Assembly: GCA_045546315.1 (NCBI GenBank)
Contig: JAZQCN010000036.1
Span: 108,329-172,328 of the forward strand
Length of the DNA stretch: 64,000 nucleotides
From: Clostridia bacterium
GTDB lineage: Bacteria > Bacillota > Clostridia > UBA1381 > UMGS1253
Reading direction: 5' to 3'
The position numbers were made by a program, and so were the translations under genes. The notes under the pieces are model-generated. The model did not search any database. It saw only the letters and a list, made by a program, of their open reading frames with translations, and was not told the DNA's origin. Shown piece by piece: positions 56,816 to 64,000 of this stretch (position 1 is the first letter of the stretch; every line of letters begins with the position of its first letter).

Positions 56816-58180
56816 TTACGCCTCCACTAATTCTGCGATAACCTCGCGAATCGGACGCTCTGCACAGTCGGCAATGTAGCCCTCTACAGCCTCTAAAAGA
56901 CCGTCCACCTTCGTCAAATCCTGGCCCCACATCTCTGCGTTTGCAAGCACTGCCTTCGTTGTTGCGCCCTTCATAAATTCAAGCGCCGCCGGCATATCGT
57001 TTGCCTTGTCTGTCTTATAAAACATTACAAGCGCTGCAAGCGAGAAGGTCAGAATCTTCGACGGTGTGCCGTTTTCGATTGCACCCAAAAGCGACGGAAG
57101 AACTCTTTCCTTATACTTTGCTGTGGAGTTAAGGCAAATATCCAGCAGTCTGTGGCGGATGTACGGGTTTTCAAAACGCTCCATAACGCTGCCGGCAAAA
57201 TCCTCAAGCTCTGCCTTGGAAAGACCGTCAATCGTCGGGATAACCTCTTCAAAGATACCCTTGCGCACATACTTGCCCATAATTTCGTCGTCCATCATTT
57301 CCTTAACGGTTTCCAGGCCGCAAAGGTGCGCTGCCATAACGCTCATTGTATGTGCACCGTTTAAGATACGCACCTTGCGCTTCTTGTACGGAACGATATC
57401 ATCCGTGAAAACAACATTGTAGCCGTATTTATCGAGCGGGAGCAAATCCTTTTTATCGTTCATCCCCTCGATTACCCACAAGTGGAAATACTCAGCCGTT
57501 ACCATCAGCTTATCTTCGTAGCCGAGGCGCTCTTTCCACGCTGCCTCCTCGCCGCGCGGAAAACCGGTAACGATACGGTCAACGAGCGAGCTTGCAAAGG
57601 TGCAGGCCTTTTCCACCCACGCCTTGAAGCCGTCCTCTAATTTCCAAAGGTCGATGTACTGCATTACGCACTTTTTCAGCGCTCTGCCGTTAAAGTCAAT
57701 CAGCTCGCACGCGATAAAGATCAGACCTTTATCCATCGCGCCGTCAAACGCCTTATAGCGCGCATACAAAAACTGCGTTACCTTACCCGGGAAGGAAACC
57801 GCCGGCATATCGTCAATTTTACAGGAAGCATCAAACGCAATGCCTGCTTCCGTTGTGTTGGAAATCACAAACTGCAGCTCCGGCTTATTTGCAATCTCTA
57901 AAAATGCATCAAATTCTGCATAAGGATTGATGCAGCGGCTTACCGCCGTATTCTTTGTAATTTCTTCTACGAGCTCGCCGTTTTGCTTGCCGCGCAAAAT
58001 CGTTGTGTATTTGCCGCCCTGGGCGTTAATGATTTCGCCCATGCCCTGCGCCAGCGGTTGTACCAAAATCACAGATGTGTCAAAATTCGCCTTTTCATTG
58101 AGTCCGTTGATAAAGTAGTCTACAAAACCGCGAAGGAAATTACCCTCGCCAAACTGTAAAATTCTTTCCTGCATAATCAA
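56816..58180 (-). CDS. uxaB: tagaturonate reductase (altronate oxidoreductase)
   Basis: 454 aa. N-terminal ILQFGEGNFLRGFVDYFI is typical of mannitol-dehydrogenase-family UxaB. 1-nt gap to uxaA. Confidence 0.8.
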   Translation of the reverse strand: MIMQERILQFGEGNFLRGFVDYFINGLNEKANFDTSVILVQPLAQGMGEIINAQGGKYTTILRGKQNGELVEEITKNTAVSRCINPYAEFDAFLEIANKPELQFVISNTTEAGIAFDASCKIDDMPAVSFPGKVTQFLYARYKAFDGAMDKGLIFIACELIDFNGRALKKCVMQYIDLWKLEDGFKAWVEKACTFASSLVDRIVTGFPRGEEAAWKERLGYEDKLMVTAEYFHLWVIEGMNDKKDLLPLDKYGYNVVFTDDIVPYKKRKVRILNGAHTMSVMAAHLCGLETVKEMMDDEIMGKYVRKGIFEEVIPTIDGLSKAELEDFAGSVMERFENPYIRHRLLDICLNSTAKYKERVLPSLLGAIENGTPSKILTFSLAALVMFYKTDKANDMPAALEFMKGATTKAVLANAEMWGQDLTKVDGLLEAVEGYIADCAERPIREVIAELVEA

Positions 58181-58290
58181 AAACTCCTTTGCATAGTATC
58201 ATAATCGTATTGTAGCATCTATCAAAATAAAATGCTATACGATAAAAAGCAAGTTTTTCGTTTTCTACAATTTTTGATTATATTATAAAG

Positions 58291-58320
58291 AAAAACCGAC
58301 TTGAATCAAGTCGGTTTTTC
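58291..58320 (-). terminator. intrinsic terminator after the GH78-like gene
   Basis: AAAAACCGACTTGaaTCAAGTCGGTTTTT. Confidence 0.65.
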
Positions 58321-58328
58321 TTTGATAT

Positions 58329-60482
58329 TTACATAGAATATTTTCCGCTCTGCACCGTCATTTCTTTGCCGTCCGGCATCGTCAGAATTGCAGCTTCACC
58401 TTCCGGCAGCTTCAGCTCAATTTCAAATGCGCCGTTTTCCTGCTTCCAGGCAACATACACGCCGCCGACCGGCGTTGCAACCGTGCCCTTGGCATACGGA
58501 CGGCTGCCGATATGCGGATGTACATGGATTTGCCCATCAGTATATGTTACGCCGAGCACCTTCGCCGTAAATTCATAAATCGCAACCGCGCTCCACGCGT
58601 GGCACTCACTGCGCACGTCTTCATACTCGTGCTCCGGCATCGTTGTACAGCCGAGCGCAACCATGCCACGGTAGGTATCCATAATTTCATCGGCTTTATC
58701 ATACATACCAACCTGCTCATAAGCGCGCAAACGGTAATACGTATATGCCAGTGTCGCCTTGCACGAAAGCTGTTCCGAACGAAGCAAAAGCTGTTTTGCA
58801 GCTTCGCCGGTCTCCATGCCGCAAAGTACTGCCCAGATTTGCTGATGCTGCGAAAAATGCCCCTTCAGCGGCGTATCGGCATACAGGCCTGCCGCTTCAT
58901 CATAGCATCTTTCTTTGACCTCTGCTTTGATTTGCTTTGCAAGCGCAGTATACGACGGTATGCTGTTGCCGAGCATAGCGTGCAATTCCGCTGTTTTTTC
59001 AAGTGCATCTGCAAGCATCATACTGTAAACCGACATTGGCGCATATTCCGGATAACAACCTGCCTCAAACTCCTTTGGCCAGTCGATAAAATCCCACAAA
59101 TTCGTCCGCGCTACCATAGTCCCATCCAGGTGCTCTGTAAACCACTGCAGAGTGCCGTCCGCCACATGGATATACTTCCGGATAAAGCTTTTATCCCCGA
59201 AACGCTTAGCATGTATATGCAGCATATAAATCAGAAACAGCGAAAATCCCGGAATAAATTGCACGGTATTGGTCGGGAAACGGCTCTGTGTAAGCCCACC
59301 GACACGGTAGCTTTTTGCAAAATCATCTATCGCCTTTTCCGGCAAGGCTTTGTCCTGTGTAAGCTGGTAGGTAAAAAGCATCTGCTGGTTCGTATCCATC
59401 GTATACTGAAGCTGCTCATAATACGGGCAATCCACATACGTTTCATGCATACATCTGCGAAGCGTATTCACGCTGACCGCAAACACCTTGTTGTCCATTT
59501 CATTGCCAAAATCATAGTCATCATATGTATTGAGCGGATATCCGGTTTCCAGAAAGTCAAAACTGTCAATACAAACCTCACCCTCAGTTTCGATTTGTAT
59601 ATAACGGAACGTGCGCATCCAGAAGGTTTCAAAATCAAGCGTTCCGTCCACTTTTAAGCGGTCGCAATCTCCCAAAATAATACCGTCTTCCGCATCGCGG
59701 CGGCGTTTATATCTTTTACCGTCCTCCAAAAATGCCTTAGACTCTGTATAGGTCAGTTTCATTTCACCCTTGCCGCTTGCGCGCACGCGCACATAGCCAC
59801 AGGTTTCATAACCTGCGTCATACACACCGTTTTTCTCACTTGCAAAATCTTTTTTTTCAAAATACATCATCGGAATCGGTCGCTCTGTCACCGGATTCGG
59901 CGAGATGGTACGCCCACGGATGACCGAATCTAAGTTATAGATTTCTCTCCCTGAAACAGCAGGTAAAAACTCAAGCGCTTTTCCGTAATCCGGCGAGGTA
60001 AATTCATAGCACTGCACCGCATTATAGTTGCTATAGCCTTGTTCAAAGCCAAAGCGCACATTTTCTTCTTTAGCACAAACCCAGCTTTCATCCGTACCAA
60101 ATGCATCTGCGCCCAGATTGCCCCAGATGCAAAGCGAAAGATTTCCGTTTCGCATTACACTTTCCAGCAAAAGCCAGCTTTCCGGCTCCGGCTTGACTGC
60201 AAGCTGCAACACCCGCACCTCAAATTCATTTGTACCTGCGCGCAAATACGGTGTGATATCCAATTTATCATAATAGCCGATTTCGCTCGAACGGCGGCAT
60301 GGCCCGATTGCGACTAACACACCATTGATATATAGCTTATATCTTGCATCCGCATAAATACAAATCTCACTCTTCTCTACAGTTTCAAGCGCTGCACTTT
60401 TTTTGAAAACATACAATGCGTTTTCATTCTGCACCGCCACAGGCGATGTAATCATCCTTTGAATCTGCTTAATTTTTCCCAT
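58329..60482 (-). CDS. six-hairpin glycosidase, alpha-L-rhamnosidase (GH78)-like
   Basis: 717 aa. N-terminal rhamnosidase-N-like ARYKLYINGVLVAIGPCR. Catalytic-domain-like VDCPYYEQLQYTMD. No signal peptide. Confidence 0.5.
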   Translation of the reverse strand: MGKIKQIQRMITSPVAVQNENALYVFKKSAALETVEKSEICIYADARYKLYINGVLVAIGPCRRSSEIGYYDKLDITPYLRAGTNEFEVRVLQLAVKPEPESWLLLESVMRNGNLSLCIWGNLGADAFGTDESWVCAKEENVRFGFEQGYSNYNAVQCYEFTSPDYGKALEFLPAVSGREIYNLDSVIRGRTISPNPVTERPIPMMYFEKKDFASEKNGVYDAGYETCGYVRVRASGKGEMKLTYTESKAFLEDGKRYKRRRDAEDGIILGDCDRLKVDGTLDFETFWMRTFRYIQIETEGEVCIDSFDFLETGYPLNTYDDYDFGNEMDNKVFAVSVNTLRRCMHETYVDCPYYEQLQYTMDTNQQMLFTYQLTQDKALPEKAIDDFAKSYRVGGLTQSRFPTNTVQFIPGFSLFLIYMLHIHAKRFGDKSFIRKYIHVADGTLQWFTEHLDGTMVARTNLWDFIDWPKEFEAGCYPEYAPMSVYSMMLADALEKTAELHAMLGNSIPSYTALAKQIKAEVKERCYDEAAGLYADTPLKGHFSQHQQIWAVLCGMETGEAAKQLLLRSEQLSCKATLAYTYYRLRAYEQVGMYDKADEIMDTYRGMVALGCTTMPEHEYEDVRSECHAWSAVAIYEFTAKVLGVTYTDGQIHVHPHIGSRPYAKGTVATPVGGVYVAWKQENGAFEIELKLPEGEAAILTMPDGKEMTVQSGKYSM

Positions 60483-60485
60483 GCC

Positions 60486-61355
60486 CTATGTCCTCCTTTT
60501 ATGTCCCATTTGAATAAATATACCGCCCACAATCACGCACAATCCGACAACTGCGTTGACCGTAATTTGTTCCTTTAAAATCAGCGCCGTCCACACAAGC
60601 GACAAAAACGGCGTGATGTAAGCCAGATTGGAAATTTTCGCCGTTTTGCCCGATTCGAGCGCCCACATCCATGTCATGCACGCCAGTGCCATCGTAAACG
60701 CACCGTTCCAACAAAACCCGAGTGCCTGCCCGAGACTCGGCAAAAACAAATCGCCTTTACTCAGATTAAAAATGGTTGTTAAAACAAATGTGGTTGTATA
60801 GCTTATCAAAACCGATATGGGTTTATCATAGTGAAATTTTTGATTCAGCGCAGTAAATACACCGTAGCAAACCGCATCGAAAAAGCAGCACAGCGCACCG
60901 AGCAGTACAAGCGTATTCAAGTGCACCATATCTGCACTCGTCACAATCACAACACCGAGAAACGAAACCGCAATCGCAATCGCTTTGCGCGCAGTCATTT
61001 TTTCCTTTAAAAGAATCCAGGCAAAAACCACGCTCATAATCGGCCACATATAGTTAACGATAAACGCCTGTGATGCCGGCAAAATGGATGCACCGGCATA
61101 AAAGAAAACATAATAAAAGAATGTGCCCGGCAAACCAATGAGAATCATAATAAGATAATCTTTCGCCTTATAGTCCTTCAGCCGCTTTAAATTGCCTGTA
61201 AACAGATTAAACAAAAACATAAACAGCATCGCAAAAAACGAGCTTGCCCACAGCACCTGAAAGCTGGTTTGGCTGCCCAAAAGCAGCTTGGAAGCCGTTG
61301 CCATTGTTGACCACAAAAGTATGGAGATTGCCGCAAATATATATTCCTTTTTCAC
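60486..61355 (-). CDS. DMT-superfamily (EamA-type) transporter
   Basis: 289 aa, about 10 TM segments, two EamA-like halves. 3-nt gap to the GH78-like gene. Confidence 0.7.
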   Translation of the reverse strand: MKKEYIFAAISILLWSTMATASKLLLGSQTSFQVLWASSFFAMLFMFLFNLFTGNLKRLKDYKAKDYLIMILIGLPGTFFYYVFFYAGASILPASQAFIVNYMWPIMSVVFAWILLKEKMTARKAIAIAVSFLGVVIVTSADMVHLNTLVLLGALCCFFDAVCYGVFTALNQKFHYDKPISVLISYTTTFVLTTIFNLSKGDLFLPSLGQALGFCWNGAFTMALACMTWMWALESGKTAKISNLAYITPFLSLVWTALILKEQITVNAVVGLCVIVGGIFIQMGHKRRT

Positions 61356-61413
61356 TCAAACCACCCCAACACGCGTATTGTATCACTTTCACATAAAAAG
61401 GTCAAGATGCACA

Positions 61414-61446
61414 CAAAAAAAGCACCTTGGTTTTCACCAAAGTGCT
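61414..61446 (-). terminator. intrinsic terminator after yabR
   Basis: AGCACCTTGG (61421-61430) pairs with CCAAAGTGCT (61437-61446). The A-run 61414-20 gives a U-tail on the minus strand. Confidence 0.65.
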
Positions 61447-61451
61447 AAAAA

Positions 61452-61901
61452 TTAAAATCTCTTATAGCCTGCACGCAGCTTGGAATCCGAGCTGCGGCGC
61501 AGCGCCTGCTGCTTTTCATCGCTGTCGGATTTAAACTTGGAGAGCAAATCCTCAAACGACAAATCGGAGGTATCGCTTTTCAGCGAATCCACATCTGCCG
61601 GACGAACACTGCCGCCTGCCGCACGCGGTGCACCGCCGCGCGGTCTGCGGTTTGCCTTTTGCTCGTCGAGCATTCTCTTTTTAATCGAAAGGCTGATTTT
61701 ACCGTTTTCATCGACTTTAACGACCTTCGCTTTTACAACATCGCCGACCTTTAAATGGTCTGCCACTGCCTGCACATACTCGGTTGAAATCTCAGAAATA
61801 TGTACAAGTCCGTTCACGCCGCCCTCCAGCTCGACAAATGCGCCGAACGGCATAACGCTAACGACCTTTCCTTCAACTACACTACCAACCTCTACTGCCA
61901 T
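61452..61901 (-). CDS. yabR: S1 RNA-binding domain protein
   Basis: 149 aa. [37 protein letters not shown] closely resembles B. subtilis YabR. Basic C-terminal tail. Confidence 0.85.
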   Translation of the reverse strand: MAVEVGSVVEGKVVSVMPFGAFVELEGGVNGLVHISEISTEYVQAVADHLKVGDVVKAKVVKVDENGKISLSIKKRMLDEQKANRRPRGGAPRAAGGSVRPADVDSLKSDTSDLSFEDLLSKFKSDSDEKQQALRRSSDSKLRAGYKRF

Positions 61902-61926
61902 AAAACCCGTATCCTCCTACCTCTTT

Positions 61927-62259
61927 TTATTCACCGGCAACATCGATGAATACCTTTTCATTTTCTTCCACCAGGCCGAGGCGCTCCTTGGCGATTTGCT
62001 TTTGATGCTCTTCCGTTTTGCGCAGCTCTGTCACATTCTCATAATGCTCTTTTTCTTTTTCCTGCTGCTCAATTTCCATTTCCAGTTGGGCAATCTGCTT
62101 ATCAAGCTCCGCACCCTCTTTGCTTTGTCTGTAAAACTTAGCACCGACAAAGATAAGTGCGAGCAAAAGACAGCTGACAACCAGAACCAAACGGAATCTT
62201 CCGGCATTTTTCGCACGACGACTCTCTCTATTTGCTTTCTTTTCTTCTAATCTTTTCAT
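61927..62259 (-). CDS. divIC: septum formation initiator (DivIC/FtsB family)
   Basis: ORF 61927-62331. ATG at 62257-62259 is preferred (MKRLEEKKANRESRR..). A single TM segment followed by a coiled coil. Syntenic position between yabQ and yabR. Confidence 0.7.
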   Translation of the reverse strand: MKRLEEKKANRESRRAKNAGRFRLVLVVSCLLLALIFVGAKFYRQSKEGAELDKQIAQLEMEIEQQEKEKEHYENVTELRKTEEHQKQIAKERLGLVEENEKVFIDVAGE

Positions 62260-62285
62260 AGAAAATCTCCTGTGTGCAAAAGCCC

Positions 62286-62783
62286 CTACTTTTTTCTGAG
62301 CACAAGCCGAAGCCCGTGCCATCTGCGACAAGCAAACACACCTGCACGGCGCACACCTTTGCCGAGCGGCGCCAGCAAATGCTTTAAAAGCAACAATACA
62401 CTATTAAATATTTTATACAAAAAACCAAGTATAGTCAATACTATTTTCAAAAATATCCTGAGGATTTTCTGTAAAATTTTAAAAACCGCCCCAAAAATAA
62501 CACGCACAAGGCGGCTGAGCAATAAATAATACAAAACTGCACCCAAAATCAGGCCGCAAAAGGCATACCACCGCAGCGCACCGTCATTGACATAAAAGTT
62601 CAAGGTAAAAATCCCCGCCGCCAAAAGCGCCCACAGCAAAAGGTCCGCCAGATTGGTCGTGAGGCGCTTAAAGCCAAAGGCGGCACGCAGAAGCATAAAC
62701 AAATCTGCCAGCATCCCGCTCGCCGCGCCGCCGAAAAGCATTGCACAAAAGGACAAAAGCTGTTCACTTACGGAAACCGTCAT
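62286..62783 (-). CDS. yabQ: spore cortex biosynthesis protein YabQ
   Basis: 165 aa polytopic membrane protein immediately downstream of yabP. Confidence 0.65.
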   Translation of the reverse strand: MTVSVSEQLLSFCAMLFGGAASGMLADLFMLLRAAFGFKRLTTNLADLLLWALLAAGIFTLNFYVNDGALRWYAFCGLILGAVLYYLLLSRLVRVIFGAVFKILQKILRIFLKIVLTILGFLYKIFNSVLLLLKHLLAPLGKGVRRAGVFACRRWHGLRLVLRKK

Positions 62784-62789
62784 CGCGCC

Positions 62790-63068
62790 TTACCCGAACA
62801 GACGCCCAAACAGCCCCTTTTTGCCGGCAGTGGCGCTATCATAGACCAGCTCGTCGATATTGCCTTCGATGACCAGCTCGCCGCTGTCCACATTATACTT
62901 TTGAATATGCAGCTCGCTGCCGGAAAGCAAAAGCACCCCCTGCACGGTTGCAATCACCATGCTCTCCTCGTCGAAGCTTTCAACATCCTCTACACCGCTC
63001 AGGCTCAGTCTCTCTCTGTTATCAAGCTGCAGACTATGCTGCTGTATGCGTTTTTCCTCCATCGGCAT
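62790..63068 (-). CDS. yabP: sporulation protein YabP
   Basis: ORF 62790-63083. ATG at 63066-63068 sits 7 nt after GGGAGG. LSLSGVEDVESFDEESMV is typical of YabP. Confidence 0.8.
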   Translation of the reverse strand: MPMEEKRIQQHSLQLDNRERLSLSGVEDVESFDEESMVIATVQGVLLLSGSELHIQKYNVDSGELVIEGNIDELVYDSATAGKKGLFGRLFG

Positions 63069-63128
63069 AAAAAAACCTCCCATAAATTTTTGTTTCTACA
63101 AATTTATGAGAGGTTTTATTGGAATATG

Positions 63129-63371
63129 TCAATCCAGTATTCTGTACATCGCGGCTGCATCGTTTTTGAGCACATGCTCTGCAATTGCAACGACCTCGGC
63201 GCGCAGCGTCTTTTCGCCAAATGTAATTTCAATCACATCGCCGATTTTTACGGCATAGGATGCCTTGCACACCTTGCCGTTGACGCTGATTCTGCCTGTA
63301 TCGCAAGCTTCGTTTGCTACACCGCGGCGCTTAATGAGTCTGGAAACCTTTAAATATTTATCCAGGCGCAT
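63129..63371 (-). CDS. yabO: S4-domain RNA-binding protein (YabO/RqcP type)
   Basis: 80 aa. MRLDKYLKVSRLIKRRGVANEACDTGRISVNGK closely resembles B. subtilis YabO. Confidence 0.85.
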   Translation of the reverse strand: MRLDKYLKVSRLIKRRGVANEACDTGRISVNGKVCKASYAVKIGDVIEITFGEKTLRAEVVAIAEHVLKNDAAAMYRILD

Positions 63372-63395
63372 ACTTTTTTCTCCTTTTTTGTTTGC

Positions 63396-63431
63396 CTAAG
63401 AAAAACAACCCCGGCGAAGCGCCGAGGTTGT
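63396..63431 (-). terminator. intrinsic terminator after hup
   Basis: ACAACCCCGGCGaaGCGCCGAGGTTGT stem. The minus strand is followed by TTTTTCTT. Confidence 0.7.
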
Positions 63432-63448
63432 CCTCAATTATGCTTAAA

Positions 63449-63721
63449 TTATTTAATAGCGTCCTTGAGAGCCTTACCAGCCTTGAAAGCCGGAACCTTG
63501 GAAGCTGCAATCTTGATTTCTTCCTTAGTCTGCGGATTTCTGCCGATTCTTTCGCCTCTTTCTCTAACTTCGGATGTACCGAAGCCAACGAGCTGTACCT
63601 TCTCACCCTTCTTGAGTGCATCTGTGATGTTCTCAACAACAGCGTTGAGCACCTTTGCTGCATCTGTCTTGGATACGCCGGCAGCAGCTGCTACATTTGC
63701 GATAAATTCTGCTTTGTTCAT
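63449..63721 (-). CDS. hup: HU-family nucleoid DNA-binding protein
   Basis: 90 aa. [11 protein letters not shown]...[42 protein letters not shown]. Confidence 0.95.
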   Translation of the reverse strand: MNKAEFIANVAAAAGVSKTDAAKVLNAVVENITDALKKGEKVQLVGFGTSEVRERGERIGRNPQTKEEIKIAASKVPAFKAGKALKDAIK

Positions 63722-63803
63722 AGTAAAAAACCTCCTAAAAAAATTATAGTAATTATAGCTTCTCTTTTTTTTCTTTATTTCCTTTAATTTCTCGAAAATT
63801 TTT

Positions 63804-64000
63804 TTACTTTTTTTCGATTTTTGCGCGCTGCCACAGGCTTTCCAGCGTTTCTAATGGCAAATTACACAAATTTTCGCCGTTTTCTTGTGCAATTTGCTCT
63901 AAAACCGCAAAGCGCTCGATAAACTTGTCTGTCGCGTGGCGAAGGGCTTCCTCTGCATCCGTATGCACAAAACGCGAAATATTGACTGCGGAAAACAGCA
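63804..64000 (-). CDS. mazG: MazG-family nucleoside triphosphate pyrophosphohydrolase, C-terminal fragment (gene starts beyond window end)
   Basis: Manual reverse-strand translation ..[65 protein letters not shown]. Stop complement at 63804-63806. Syntenic with yabN in Bacillus. Confidence 0.65.
   Translation of the reverse strand, partial: LFSAVNISRFVHTDAEEALRHATDKFIERFAVLEQIAQENGENLCNLPLETLESLWQRAKIEKK

Noticed and set aside
58512-59657. Long antisense ORFs, e.g. 58512-59657 (381 aa), 20507-21310, 21496-22341, 5394-6122, 38443-39027, 43432-44004, 61480-62250
   Set aside because: All lie opposite strongly supported genes (GH78-like, pfkB, glyA, permease, PL22-like, lyase, yabR/divIC). Their translations are low-complexity and Arg/Cys/His-rich. 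They are typical shadow ORFs of GC-balanced coding DNA.

Overview
This 64-kb chromosomal window looks like a spore-forming Clostridia-type Firmicute, judged from gene content: spoIIAA-spoIIAB-sigF, spoIIM, yabP/yabQ, a Spo0E-like ORF. No rRNA, tRNA or CRISPR array was seen. All calls rest on reading the supplied ORF translations and the raw sequence; no database search or computation was run.

Layout:
- 1-27.6 kb is mostly housekeeping. It holds the gdhA 5' end, xerD-spoIIM, a secreted NAGPA-type glycosidase, and an NCS2 nucleobase permease behind a terminator-containing leader. A tight cell-envelope glycan operon follows (MurJ-like flippase, GT4, DUF4330, O-antigen-ligase-like, GT4::CsaB fusion). 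After it come cysK, pgcA, the spoIIA operon, a surface PPIase, a pfkB kinase, glyA, a phosphoesterase/amidohydrolase pair, an ECF S-component plus kinase, and nth.
- 27.6-30.5 kb is the most interesting region. It is a 2.9-kb island that looks AT-richer than its flanks, inserted at the 3' end of nth. Imperfect direct repeats bound it and duplicate the last nth codons plus a terminator hairpin. It carries an XRE regulator, an EcoRI-family-like adenine methyltransferase, and a translationally coupled DUF262(ParB-like)-HNH nuclease. I read this as a candidate non-canonical restriction-modification or defence module.
- 30.5-37.2 kb holds a PTS EIICBA gene, hemW-lepA, small HTH regulators, and a cluster of 'GTAGGG-hairpin' repeats.
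- 37.3-61.4 kb is a carbohydrate/uronate locus. It has a 1526-aa surface heparinase-II/III-like lyase, two PL22-like paralogs, GH3, GH42-like and GH78-like enzymes, two Gfo/Idh/MocA oxidoreductases, uxaA-uxaB, an SGNH esterase and four AraC regulators in divergent modules. The only transporter is a DMT protein.
- 61.4-64 kb is the conserved mazG-hup-yabO-yabP-yabQ-divIC-yabR block.

Several unexplained non-coding structures are reported separately: a 109-bp tandem repeat, hairpin repeat families, IR-bounded ~270-bp modules, and candidate operators.
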